Shown piece by piece: positions 1 to 11,500 of a DNA stretch of 64,000 nucleotides (its first letter is position 1; each line of letters begins with the position of its first letter). A model generated the notes under the pieces. The model was not told the origin of the DNA and did no database searches. It saw only the letters and a program-made list of their open reading frames with translations. The DNA lies in the NCBI GenBank assembly GCA_964035575.1, contig OZ037838.1, positions 1,798,001 through 1,862,000 on the forward strand, in the 5' to 3' direction. The translations under genes were made by a program, and so were the position numbers. The DNA is from Rhynchopus sp. YZ270_cl-10 (Eukaryota).

Positions 1-696
1 GCGGGGTACACACCTGTGGACATCCCTGAACGGTACCCTGCGTTTATTGGGCTGCACAAGTCTCCTTCCCCTTACACATACTTGCGTGGCTCTGGAGGTA
101 GTGCAGGTGGATGGTACAACCCCGTGGGTGCAGTTCGGGTATGGGGTACAGGAGCTCGCGCGGGCATTCCTGTAGCGACAATTGGTTCAGTGGACCTCGT
201 CGCAACAAGCCAAAAGCTATACATATACGAGCCGGAGCAGCTGAAGATCCTCTCAGGAAGCGGCACGTTCCCAAGCTACATCTCCAACAGCGGTGTCGTG
301 AACCCGGCAGACCCTGACGCACATCAGTACAGCATCATCGGGAAGCTGGACAAGGACAAATTCGTTCACGCAGGTGGCTTCTACAAGTTCAAGCTGCACT
401 ACGAAATGTCAGGTGGAACGGAACAGGTGTACGTGTGGACACAGACGTCGTGGTTGACGGATCCCACCGTTACAGGATTTGTCTTAATCGTGGGTCCGCC
501 CGGATCTGCGTCCCCTGCGTTTACTGGGTTGGGATTATCCGGCACCCCTGACAAAACCTACTTGGACACTAACGGGGGTGTTTCGCATTATTACCACGCT
601 ATTGGCATAATACAGCTTTGGAACGGCGGTATCCCTGTCACCACCACAACAGTTGCTGTGAGTCAGACATTGTATGTGTTCCCTCCTCAGGAATGA
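1..696 (+). CDS. 3' end (partial at 5') of an upstream tandem copy of the giant multidomain protein; C-terminal fibrinogen-C-like repeats
   Basis: Near-identical to 12119-12823, with the same terminal YVFPPQE* and the same downstream spacer. The frame is open from the window start. Confidence 0.9.
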   Translation, partial: AGYTPVDIPERYPAFIGLHKSPSPYTYLRGSGGSAGGWYNPVGAVRVWGTGARAGIPVATIGSVDLVATSQKLYIYEPEQLKILSGSGTFPSYISNSGVVNPADPDAHQYSIIGKLDKDKFVHAGGFYKFKLHYEMSGGTEQVYVWTQTSWLTDPTVTGFVLIVGPPGSASPAFTGLGLSGTPDKTYLDTNGGVSHYYHAIGIIQLWNGGIPVTTTTVAVSQTLYVFPPQE

Positions 697-2098
697 CACT
701 GTCCTGTGTGTTGAGAGCAGTATGCAAAGGCAGTTGTTGTTGTTGTTGTTTTTGTTTTTGTTTTTGTTTCTTTTCAATTTTATCAAAATCCGTTTTTTTT
801 TTTGTTCCTTTTCCCCCTATTTCTGAACACGCCACCCCTCCCTGGGTGACCCCTCCTCCCCCAGCTCTATTTTTAAAAGTATAATTTTGTGTGCTTCTGA
901 CAGCTTCTGATGCAGCAATGCTGTGTTGTTTAGAGATGTGCACTTTTGGTGGCGAGTGTCTGCATCCGAAAGATATGTCTGCATTTCGTTTCCGACTTCA
1001 CCTTTGTTTCTGGTTCGGGTTCGGTGTTTGTATCCCTTTTTGGTGTGATTTTTCTAAAAATTAGATGTAGGGCACACACCCCAGCCCTATACAGCCACAC
1101 CAACTTTTGTTTTTATTATCAGGACAAATGCAGGTACTTTGTGGTGGGAAATGATAAACGTCTTAGACTTGTTATTTACCTCCTCCTCCCTCTCCGTTTG
1201 TGTCCCTGTTCCCCTTTTGTTTGCCCTCCCATCCGTGTGTAAAGTATGTTTATAATGTGACAGTACGATTCGTCACCCACAAGGCACTGGCCTGAATTGT
1301 TGGTTCGCATTTCAGGGATTTTACGAACTCAGCAAAGCACGTAAAATACTTAAGCTGCACAGTTTTCCTGAAACCTTAGCTCAGAGTCTCTCCGCTAGTT
1401 TTATGTGAATTGTTTTATGCGGACTGCAGACACAGAGGTGCACGTGTGTTTGTGCCCACCCCTTCGCGGCTGTACGCGACTGTGTTCTCTTTTCTCCATT
1501 CCACTCCACCCCACTCCACTCCACTCCACCCCACTCCACCTTCATCCAACCTTGCCTGGTTCACAGCAACCCAGGGAAGGTGTAGCGATAGTATCATACA
1601 TTGTTTGCGACGGAACAAAGCTGTCTCTTCCATGCACCACGTCCTTCGATGCATCGCAGATGTGTTTAGCATGGAAGCAGAGACGAGCACGGTTCTCGTT
1701 GCTCGCATGTTGAGCACTCCAACCATTATCAGCAACCTTGTTTCCTTTCATTGTTTATGTTTAGATGTTGATGAGATGTGCAAAATAGCAAACGATGCAA
1801 CACAAAGCTATAGAAAATACAAACTGGAACGAAAACCACACAAACAGATGCATTTTTGCACGAACATCAAGTCAGCATGTGACTAGGATGCTTGTAACGC
1901 TTCATATCACAGTGATGCGTCCCACCACTGTGAAGGAGTTGCAACACTCTGTTTTGCACTTCACTCTCATATTCGTATTAGCCCTGATTTGCCAACAACG
2001 TTTTGTTGTCCACACTCTTCTGCTCCACTTCGAACACAACGCTGTTTTTTTTTTTATTCTTTGTTCATTTTTGCAAAGAAGGTGTTGTGTCCCCTGCT

Positions 2099-2214
2099 CC
2101 TTCCCTCCCTCCCTCCCTCCCTCCCTCCCTCCCTCACTCCCTCACTCCCTCACTCCCTCACTCCCTCACTCCCTCACTCCCTCACTCCCTCACTCCCTCC
2201 CTCCCTCCCTCCCA
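2099..2214. repeat. (CCCT)n/(CCCTCACT)n microsatellite
   Basis: Read directly; a shorter allele lies at ~14178-14218. Confidence 0.9.
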
Positions 2215-2557
2215 GCTCCACTCTTGTGGCTCATGTTGTGGTCTTCATATCTTCCTCCGTGCACCGCACCTGTCGAGGTCAGATGTTCTCTCTGACTCAA
2301 GAACCACCAAAGATGCTAATCCCACGCAATCTTTGAACATTTCCTCCCACCCCTCCCCCCATGCGCTCCGACAAAGGAACGAGAAGCAATAGTATCAGAG
2401 ATGAGGTTTTTGTGTATCAGTAAAAACGACGTGACGCATTTTCATTTTCTCAGACCACCCCTTTCCACCACTCCCCAAATACAGTCACCTAACAGGAGCG
2501 GGTGTTACGCTATTCGTAGAGGATTTCAGGAGAGTTGTTGCGGTTGGGTGAGCTTCG

Positions 2558-5500
2558 ATGTCTGTGCTTGGGACAGTGCTGGCTTTGTGTCTGTCTTCCG
2601 CTCCCATTAAATGCAAAGTTGGCTCCATCGTCGGAGACCCAGATGCGCTGAAAAAAGAGTGCAATGAGAGGGCGACTCTTGCGTGCCTATCGTATCTTCC
2701 TGGCACCGATACCTCTGACTGCAAAGTGTCAAAGGACGGCAACTGCGTTCCTGTGTGTGATACTCCGATGTTTTGCGCTGGCACAAAACCCGGTGCGGCA
2801 GGAGTGTGCGAGAGTGTGTTTTTCGCCTACCAGTTCGGGTCGGCGGAAACAAATGCACAGATTGCCGATTTGCTTCCCAAAGCGACGGAATATGCGAAAC
2901 AATTTACACGCACGAAAAACTATTTCAACTTAGGGCTTGATTACCACTTTGTTAGGATCACCCCACAAAATAATAAAGGATTTATATTGGAGGCCACGCT
3001 GAAGACGACAGTTGAGACGGATGAACTTGTTTGCGCTGAACCAGAGAATATGCCAAAGGGTTTTATTTCGTGTACGACCATCGCCACCAGAGATGCGGGA
3101 GTAAGAACCATCAGGATGGTGGTGCAGATGTCGAATAAGATGACATTGCGACCATTTAGAGGGCTTTGGCTTGCAACCCAGAAGGATGACAAAGACGCTG
3201 CCGTACGAGTTTTCTCCACCACTGTTGACGGCATGAGCCGCGATGGGATGAGTAAGGTACCAGCAGAACCGTTCGATTTCACACACGAGGTGACGGAGGA
3301 GAACCCAGGTGTCATTCTTTGGCCCGTTGTGGACACTGCCGGAGAAGACGGAGAGAAAGCGATTTACTATTCAAGCTACGAACTTTCTACTACTGAATAC
3401 GTCGGCGTTTCGATGAAGCTGCTCCACGCCATCGCCACTGCGGCGGTAGACGAGGAGCCGCTTTTGGCTGCAGCAGAAAAAGCGCTCGGCATAACCTCTA
3501 AGACTAATGATAAGAAGGGATGCTACGTGATAAAATATATAAAGCGCGCTAATGTAGAGTACTGTAATGTGAGGCCCTTCGCAGTCACAGAAAAAGGGTG
3601 TCTTTACGAGAGCGTGCTTAAGGATCTTCTTGAGAGCATGGCCACGGCCGCACCACCGCGACACGACTCTCTGAACCCCCTCGGACGATTTGCAACTGAT
3701 GTCAACATTCAGGTGCATTTCACATCAGGAGATGCAGCAAAAGATACAAACCTTAAAGACAGATTGACAGACCGGATCCAGGAAAAATTTGACGAATTGA
3801 TTTCAAAAGACATATGGGAATGCGGGTTTGAATTCGTTCCCAATCCACCATCAATAGATGAGTGGTTTCTCACGTTTCGGTCCAGGGCAGAGAACTACAA
3901 GCTGGACATCTACCAAAAAAAGAGTCACAATACTGGAAAGTATCAAGACCTGATGAAGCGGACGTACGTTGACAGCACTGAAGATGACAGGAAATCTCTC
4001 GACTGGTCCTCCTCCACAGAGCCGTGCCCAAGTACGAAAAACGCAATTGAATCTGCAGTGACGGCTGCTGGCTCCATAGATGATCTCATGGAGAAACTAC
4101 ATACGATGAAAGATCCCGGGAGTACAGCTCGTGTATCTCCTGCAACGCTTATGGCGAATACACCAGCCAACGCAGCTGCAAAAGCCTGTTCGGGCCTTGA
4201 TCCTAAGCAGCACTACGAGTGGCTGCACCGTGTGGCGCACAGCATCGCAGACAGAGCAGCAGACGACCCGAGGAACCTGATGTTTGGAACAAACCACGCC
4301 AACTCGCAGATGATGACCTACGAGCACGTAGCGAGGAATCTGCCTAACAACATCCTTTCCACAAGTATAAAGTATGAAAAAGATGGAGATCCGGTCTTTG
4401 CGCCCTTATACCTCACGTACGATGTGGTATGCGGCGGTGACCCGTGGTTTCTATTAACCTTCAATCTGCGGTCCCCCCGCCGCCCGTCTGTCCTGAACAA
4501 CCTTGTGGCATACCAACTGGTGGCGATGCAGAAGGAGGAGCTACTCACGAAGTGCGAGGCCTTAAGCCCTAAGATCAAAAAGCATAAAGCGTCAACGCGC
4601 AAGGCAGCTGTGCTTGCAGAGGGGTCTGAAGCACTCCGCATCCAGCTGGGATTGATCCAGCTGGAACTGAGCCCGCTTGTCTCGGAACCAACGCAAGCTA
4701 TTTCGGACAGGTACGAAGAGCTGAAGAAGCACTTCTCGGAAACCATGGACTTTGATGAGGAGTTTGCGAACGCAGTTGTGAAGGTAGGGACGGCAGCGAC
4801 AGCTGAACATGCGTTTACGATCATCAGCTACGTGGTGGAGCAGACGACACCGGTGGTGCACTTTTCGATGCTGACGACGGCAGACGGCACAGATTTGGTG
4901 ACGACGACACTGGGGTTCGGTCTGTCAGACCAGAGTCTTCTGATTGCAACGGGCTCTGTGGGCACGACGGAGGTCATGGTATCGGGGAAGGCGGCGCTGA
5001 AGACGACCTTTGACTTTATCCCTACCATCGCGCTGGCTGAGTCTGATGTGGTTGTTTTGGCGGTGTTCCAGGATGTGTACACTCTTGAAGGTCTGCAGGA
5101 CAGCAGCAAATTGCGTTATGTCGAGTACATCCACGAGCTGAGTACAGGCGGAACTGACGTGTATGTGCCTACAACAACAGAGGAGGCTGCACAGCGGTCC
5201 ACCACCGGGCTTATGATACACAGTCCTCTTACATTGGCGGTGGGTGTGTCAGCGTTGCCGGATGACGGAGGGACACTTCATTACAATCTGCACCCGTTCT
5301 TCAGGGCAAGCGGGACACTTGCATGGAAGCGTCCTGGACAGGATGTGCAGTCTGTCGATTTGTCTGCGTACGGTGCCTACAGCACCGGGGGCCCTGCAGT
5401 GTTTGGCGGGGGTATGTACAACCTGAACCTGAAAGAGCTGTTTGACGTAAACGTGATTGTCCGTTCGCTGACCTTCCAGGTCACAATGGCACCGTTGTCT

Positions 5501-8500
5501 GCGATGGTGTCTGCAGACATTGACCTCGGGAACGGCCACGATGTGATTGTGGCGGGCGAGTATATTGATGGGCAGATCTTTGCGTACGGATCTGCGGTGG
5601 TTGACGTGACGTTGCGGGACCTGCAGAAGTGGTTCAACGACCAGAGCGACACAACCGATGATGATGTGCAGGATGTGCCCAGCGGCGTGCCGGAGCTGCA
5701 CATCACGGAGCTTGGCGTCTCGCTGTGTCAAGAGTCACATCTGTTTGCTTCGGGGCACAGCTGTCCGAAGGGCGTTGCCCTGCGCGCTGGTGCTGTGTAC
5801 GAAGACGGCAAGGCGTCTGCGCTTCTCGTGTTCGACGAGACAAGCCTGTACGTTGCGGTGACGCTGGCGAACTTCCGCATCGGGTCAGCGCTCCTGCGAG
5901 AGGCGTTCCTCTTCTTCACACTGACGACGAGCGGAGACATCACGCTTGAGATCTTCGCCTTTGTGGAGCTGTCTCAGGCAACGTTCTCTGTGGGTGGCGT
6001 CTTCTCCACAGGCAGCGCGGAGGCAGGGCCGTGGGTGTACGTCCACGGCGAACTCGGGGGCATGACTGCAGACGACATTGCAGCGGCTCTTTCCTACCTC
6101 ACGGGTGTGGAGTACGAACCCCTAGCTGCGCTCTCGAGTATCGAATTGAAGGAGGCATCCCTCTCCATTTGTACGTACCCTGCAGAGGATGACAGCGTCT
6201 GCACACAAGGTGTGCACCTGGCCGGGGACGTAGGCTTTGGAGAAGAAGGGTGGGTGCAAAACGCCAAGGGTACGTTCAGTGTGTCGTGGACGGATGCTGT
6301 AGATGACACCCCGTCAACGGTGTCTGTGAAGGCCTTTGTGGAAATCAAGTTCAACGAACACACCCTCATCCTGGACAGCACCTACACCACCGAAGGCGGA
6401 CTCACTCTTAAGGGTAACCTTGTAGGTGACGTCACTGCCGCCGACCTTGTGGCGCTGTACCGCCAATTTACATCTTCGGAAAGGATTGACGACAGCCAGA
6501 TCCCCGAAGTGACGGTTCGCAACGTCGGGGTGTCATTTTCGTGGTCTGAACAGGAAGGGGCGAGCTTCACCGCAACTGGAGAGGTGCAGATCACAGACAA
6601 GCTTATTATCAACCCGCTGAACATAACGATATCGAAAACGGGGCTTGAGTTTTTGTGCCACATGGACGAAATTGCGACGTTTGGGATCCTGGAGGTGACT
6701 GATTTCAACTTCTTATTTATCCTCAATACAGCCACCCCGACCAACCCCGTGCTCAAAGCAGACGCGCAACTGGATGTGGTCACTTCGGACTCAACTATAA
6801 CATTTGAAGTATCGTACGTTCTCTTTGGGGCAGCCAGACTGGAAGCTCACGGACTTAACGCAAATTTCAGGGACTTGATTGGCTTTGTGGAGAAAATGTT
6901 GGGTACGGAGATCGTTACGGACACGACCCTACTGAGCGGCATTGCTATTACCGATGTGGTGATCGAGTACACCCCTGAGTCGGAGGATGTTGTGCGTTCG
7001 GGTGTCGTACTCACGGTGACATACACGCTCTTTGGCGCGGAGCACGTCATGCACGTCTCAGGTGTGGGTGCTCGGTTCGACTACTGCTTTGGGCATTGCT
7101 CAGCAGCGGTGAGAGATCCCTACACAACCATCTGGGGCAACGTCACCATCGGCCCCGCAGCCAAAGGCATTGGCGTGAAGCTTGACTTCACGGCCGAGCT
7201 TCTCACGCTCGAAGGCATCATGTACGTCGCTTCGAGTGTGTTCAAAACCAAAGACGACGCCGACAGCGTACGGGACGATTTTAATGAGGATCCGTCAGTG
7301 TCCTCCTTTGGGGTAGCAGGTGCTACCTTGAGTGTGTCGCTGTCTTCCAAGGAAGTGGCCTTCGGGGTGGAGGGGACGATACAAAAGCGGAACGACCAAG
7401 GTACGTTTGAGGATACGGAGATAGTTACGCTCGCAACTAGCATCAGCTACACGTTCGCGACAGGTTGGTTTACTTTTGAGATTAGAGGTTACTTCTCTCC
7501 GTACCCGCTGATCGATGGGGTTGTGGACGAGAATGCGAACTTCCAGATCCTCAGCCTCAGTGAGCCCCTCACGCCAACCTCCGTCGGACCGAACTATGAG
7601 TCCGACACGAAGACGAAAGGTGGCTTCCTCTACTTCAGCCTGAGCAGGACTCCTCTGCTGAGCTTCGAGGTGGGGGGCGAGCTTTCAATGAGGATTTGCG
7701 TCGACGATTGCAAGGCGCTCAGCGCAGACGATAAGGAGTGGCTGGTGATGCATGGCAATCTAGCGCTGCGGCTTCGCAATGGTGGCATCTTTGTGCACGG
7801 GAGACTTGTTCTCGACGCGACGTTCACGCCAAGCCTGTTTGGACTACAGTTCATCACCATCAGCAACCTCATTGTGGGCGTGGACCTGGACCTGGAAGCG
7901 GAAGGCTTACCCACAGGGATGGAGTTTGGCGGGAGTGTGTGTCTGGGACCACCTACCAACTGCGAAAACAATACTTCTCCACGTATCGATGGATATATCT
8001 ACGTGGGCTACAACATCGCCAAGTTGGATGAAAACTACTTGTTAATGGCTGTGAACGATCTGACTGTCTCAAACCTGATCGACGTCGTTGGCACGTACTT
8101 CAAGGAGGGAACCAGCGAACGGTTGAAGGACCTTCTGCCAGAGAAGCTGCTTGATTCGGGCTTGTCCGCAGTTGAGACTGACTGCAACACTGCTGTAAAA
8201 CCCCCAAACCTCCCGCTCGTCTGCCACGGCACAAGCACCGAACAGAGCAAGGAGTGCACAGATGCACTGAAGCAGCACTTCAACAAGAAGTGCTACGCGT
8301 ACTTTTCGTTCGCGGCGATGCAGAAGACGCTTACGTTCCAAAGTGAGATCATTACAATCGAACAGGGCCTCTCCTTCTCTGGGAAGCTGAATTTTTTTGG
8401 GTGGGAAGGAGAGCAGACTTTCACCTTCGCTCCAAGCGGGTTCGAGATCGGAGGGGAGTTTCAAAACGTAGACCTGACGATTGGTGACTCGACCATTCTG

Positions 8501-11500
8501 CAAATTGGAGAAAGGTTTGATGCAAACGGGGAAGTGACAGGCAACCCGAGATTGTACGCAGCGATCAACGTGGATGGTCTCAACATCAGTGTTCACGGTG
8601 CCTGCTCCATCCCGATGCTGGGTGCCACTGCGCAGGTGCGTGTTGATATCGACAACGTAGGGTTCTATGCGTCTGCAAGCCTGCAGCTGGGCGAATTTCT
8701 CACCATTGATGACGCTACACTGCAGTGGAACTGGGACAGAACGTATTTCAAGGCGAGTTTGAGCCGGTTCGACTTTGCGAATGTGCTGGCGGAGAACGTG
8801 CTTCTGGAGTACACAGCGGCAGGCGACGATGCAGCAGACGACGTGCCCGATAACACAATTATCTTCTCTGGCAAATTCACAATCACGAATATGTGGGCGG
8901 ACACATTTCTGCAGTTGACGTGGGACTCTGACGAGGATGTGGAGTTTATGGACGCCTCCTACTCCTTTGAAATCGACTACTCTCCGTTCGGTGTCAGTAC
9001 GGTGCAAGGCGAGGGTAAGGTGGAGAAGTTTCAATTCTTTGCGCTGGAATTTGTAAACGAGATCGTGGTCCCTGCGGCGAAGCTTATGGGGGGCTTTATA
9101 GGTACTGTGCTGTGGGAGGCTGCGACGCTGGTTTTTAGCATCGTTTCGCGCGCTGTGGAGACCGTCGTGAAGATATGGGAGGATCTCAAAAGAGGTGAAG
9201 CGTTTGGGATTATTCTGGAACTGGGGACCTATCTGTCCGACAACCTCATGGCCGTTGGCGATGCGCTGGAGAACATTGGCATCCCATTTATAGGCGAGTT
9301 GTATAAATTCGCCTCCAACGTCGTGTCTGCTGTGGTGGGGTTCTTTTCCTTCCTGTGGACCGGTGGCAAGAGTGATGAAATAATGGACTTCCCTCTTGCC
9401 CACCTACCTGTAGACCCTGACTATAATTGCGGCCAGGTGCAGACGATGAGACTTCACTACTCTTGGTTTGGCCTGGTTGCAACGTGGATCCCTGTAGGTG
9501 TCCCGCACAGCGATCCTGTGTGTGTTCAGAAGACGGAAGAGGCACTTCAGGAAGTGGAGCTTGAACGCAAGCGGGTGGCTGGTTTGGACGCATCCATCAA
9601 AAAAGCGAAGGGGGCGAACCCCTGGTACCAGGGCTACATCGACGGGGAGGTAGATGCAGGGCTTGTTGTGGAGGACCCCACGCTCACCTTCTCGCTGGAT
9701 ACTGAGGAAGTGCAGACGAGGACCGTCCGCACGAGGCTGACAGCGTTCGCAGGAGAGAACGGCGCTGCCACCGAGGAGAATGCCGATATTGTTGTGAGCG
9801 CAAGGTTTGGGGAGACTTTCGAAGTGTCTGCAGGCGAGGAGGCTGTAACGTCCGCAGCGCTTCGTCACCAGGTAGGTGTGTCGCACAACACCGAGCTTCA
9901 AGGGCTTGCGCGCGAGGTCTATGAAAGCAACGGTATGGGTGACGGGAATATGGCGCCGTTCACCAGACCGACCCTCCATATGCCTGAAGGCGCCAACCCG
10001 CTACCAGTGTTCAGGTGCAATGTTGACGACGAAGACCAGGAGGTGGGCTTCGATACGCCTTACATCACAACTGACGACCGCTGCAGCACTGATACGATAG
10101 TGACCCGCCTCAAAACCCGCCGCCTGCCTCCTTCGTGTGTGAATCGGGACCACCCAACCTGTGTCTGCGGGTCCGAATTCATCGAGGTGTCCTGGAGTGG
10201 GCGCGACTCCCCAAGGTGCGGCGGTGTGACCGCAGTGCTGAAGACGGTGTTAAAGCTCGAGCCACGGATGGACTACGATACGTTTACCTTTCCCGAGGAC
10301 AGGACAATCACCACAGCTGAGCTATTGGATTCTGATGAGCTTGGGTTTCCGGTGGCAAACACCTTGTGTTCGAAGAGTGTGACCATGGTCAAGACTGACA
10401 CCATCATTGCAGGCACGGGCTGTGAGTGGACAGTGAAACGTGTGTGGGGCCTGTCGCACTCTGTCCCTGCTACCATGAACTGCACCGACACCAACTCACA
10501 CCTCCCATCTTTGGAGTACGTTCAAATCATCACCGTACGCGATGAGACGGCACCCGTGTGGATACACCTTCCGGACTCGCTCCTGTATTTGCCGTTCAAC
10601 TTCCACTCGTCCACAGAAACAGGAGTACCCATCGCGGAGGAGCAGACCCACATGAACACGATGCTGTCCTTTGCGTCGTACCCAACAACGCTGGAAGTGG
10701 TGGATGGCCCGCTCGAGCGTCAGGTACCGGACCTTGACGACGACTTGTGGTGCCGTTCACATGGCCTCGCGCGTATGCAGCGTACGTGGACGGCAACTGA
10801 CAGCTGTGGGAACAGCAGGCTGTTCGAACAGACGCTTGTGTTTGAGCACTACATTTCAGGGAGTAACACCATTCAAGGCCCCCTGCAGCACGGACAGTAC
10901 TCAATCGCCACTGGTGTTCAGGAGATGGGCAGTGTGTGTGACCAGCACCACTTGGTCCGCATGTACGATGGACCACGCTTCTTCGACCCACTCGACGGGG
11001 CACCACACGGCACGCACCACATCTGCGCAGACACGGAGTGGGACGGTGACGGCTGCCGTCTGCTCACGGGTGCAGCATTGTCCGAAGAATACGTTCATGT
11101 GACAAAGCCTCAGTTCACATCAGCTGTTTCCCCCGTCACCGTCACGTCCTCAGAAGCGTCGAAGTGGTGGGAGACAGCGCCAGACTGGGAGGAGGCTTAC
11201 TGCGAAGGTAAGCATCTTCGTGTCCATTCCGATGTGTCGTACGCTGTGCCCGACGTCGCAGACAGGTGTGAGGTGCGCAGGATTGAACGTGAATGGTCCC
11301 TTCGTGACGTGGACACAGGGTGTAACGATGCGCAATTCGTGCAGACAGTTGAAGTCGTCCCCGCATACCCTCTTGGCCACGCTTGCGAGTGCGACTTTGC
11401 GTGTGTGTCGAACGTGTGTGTTGATCACTCCTGTGTTGTCTGCAGGGCAGATGCCGACTGCGCACACGACGCACTCTTCTCTGTGTGCGACACCGAACTG

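Larger units (their letters stand above)
1..2421 (+). repeat. Copy 1 of tandem segmental duplication (gene 3' end plus spacer)
   Basis: Matches 12119-14424 apart from small indels and microsatellite length changes; identity stops after TTTTGTGTATCAGT. Confidence 0.92.

Noticed and set aside
28..125. Diversity-generating retroelement (variable region plus an RT in the window)
   Set aside because: Differences are not adenine-specific, both copies are coding, and the RT is a non-LTR CRE type.
8069..9403. 444-aa antisense ORF, and similar ones at 15503-16819 and 62114-63133
   Set aside because: Shadows of GC-rich sense-strand genes with no recognisable motifs.
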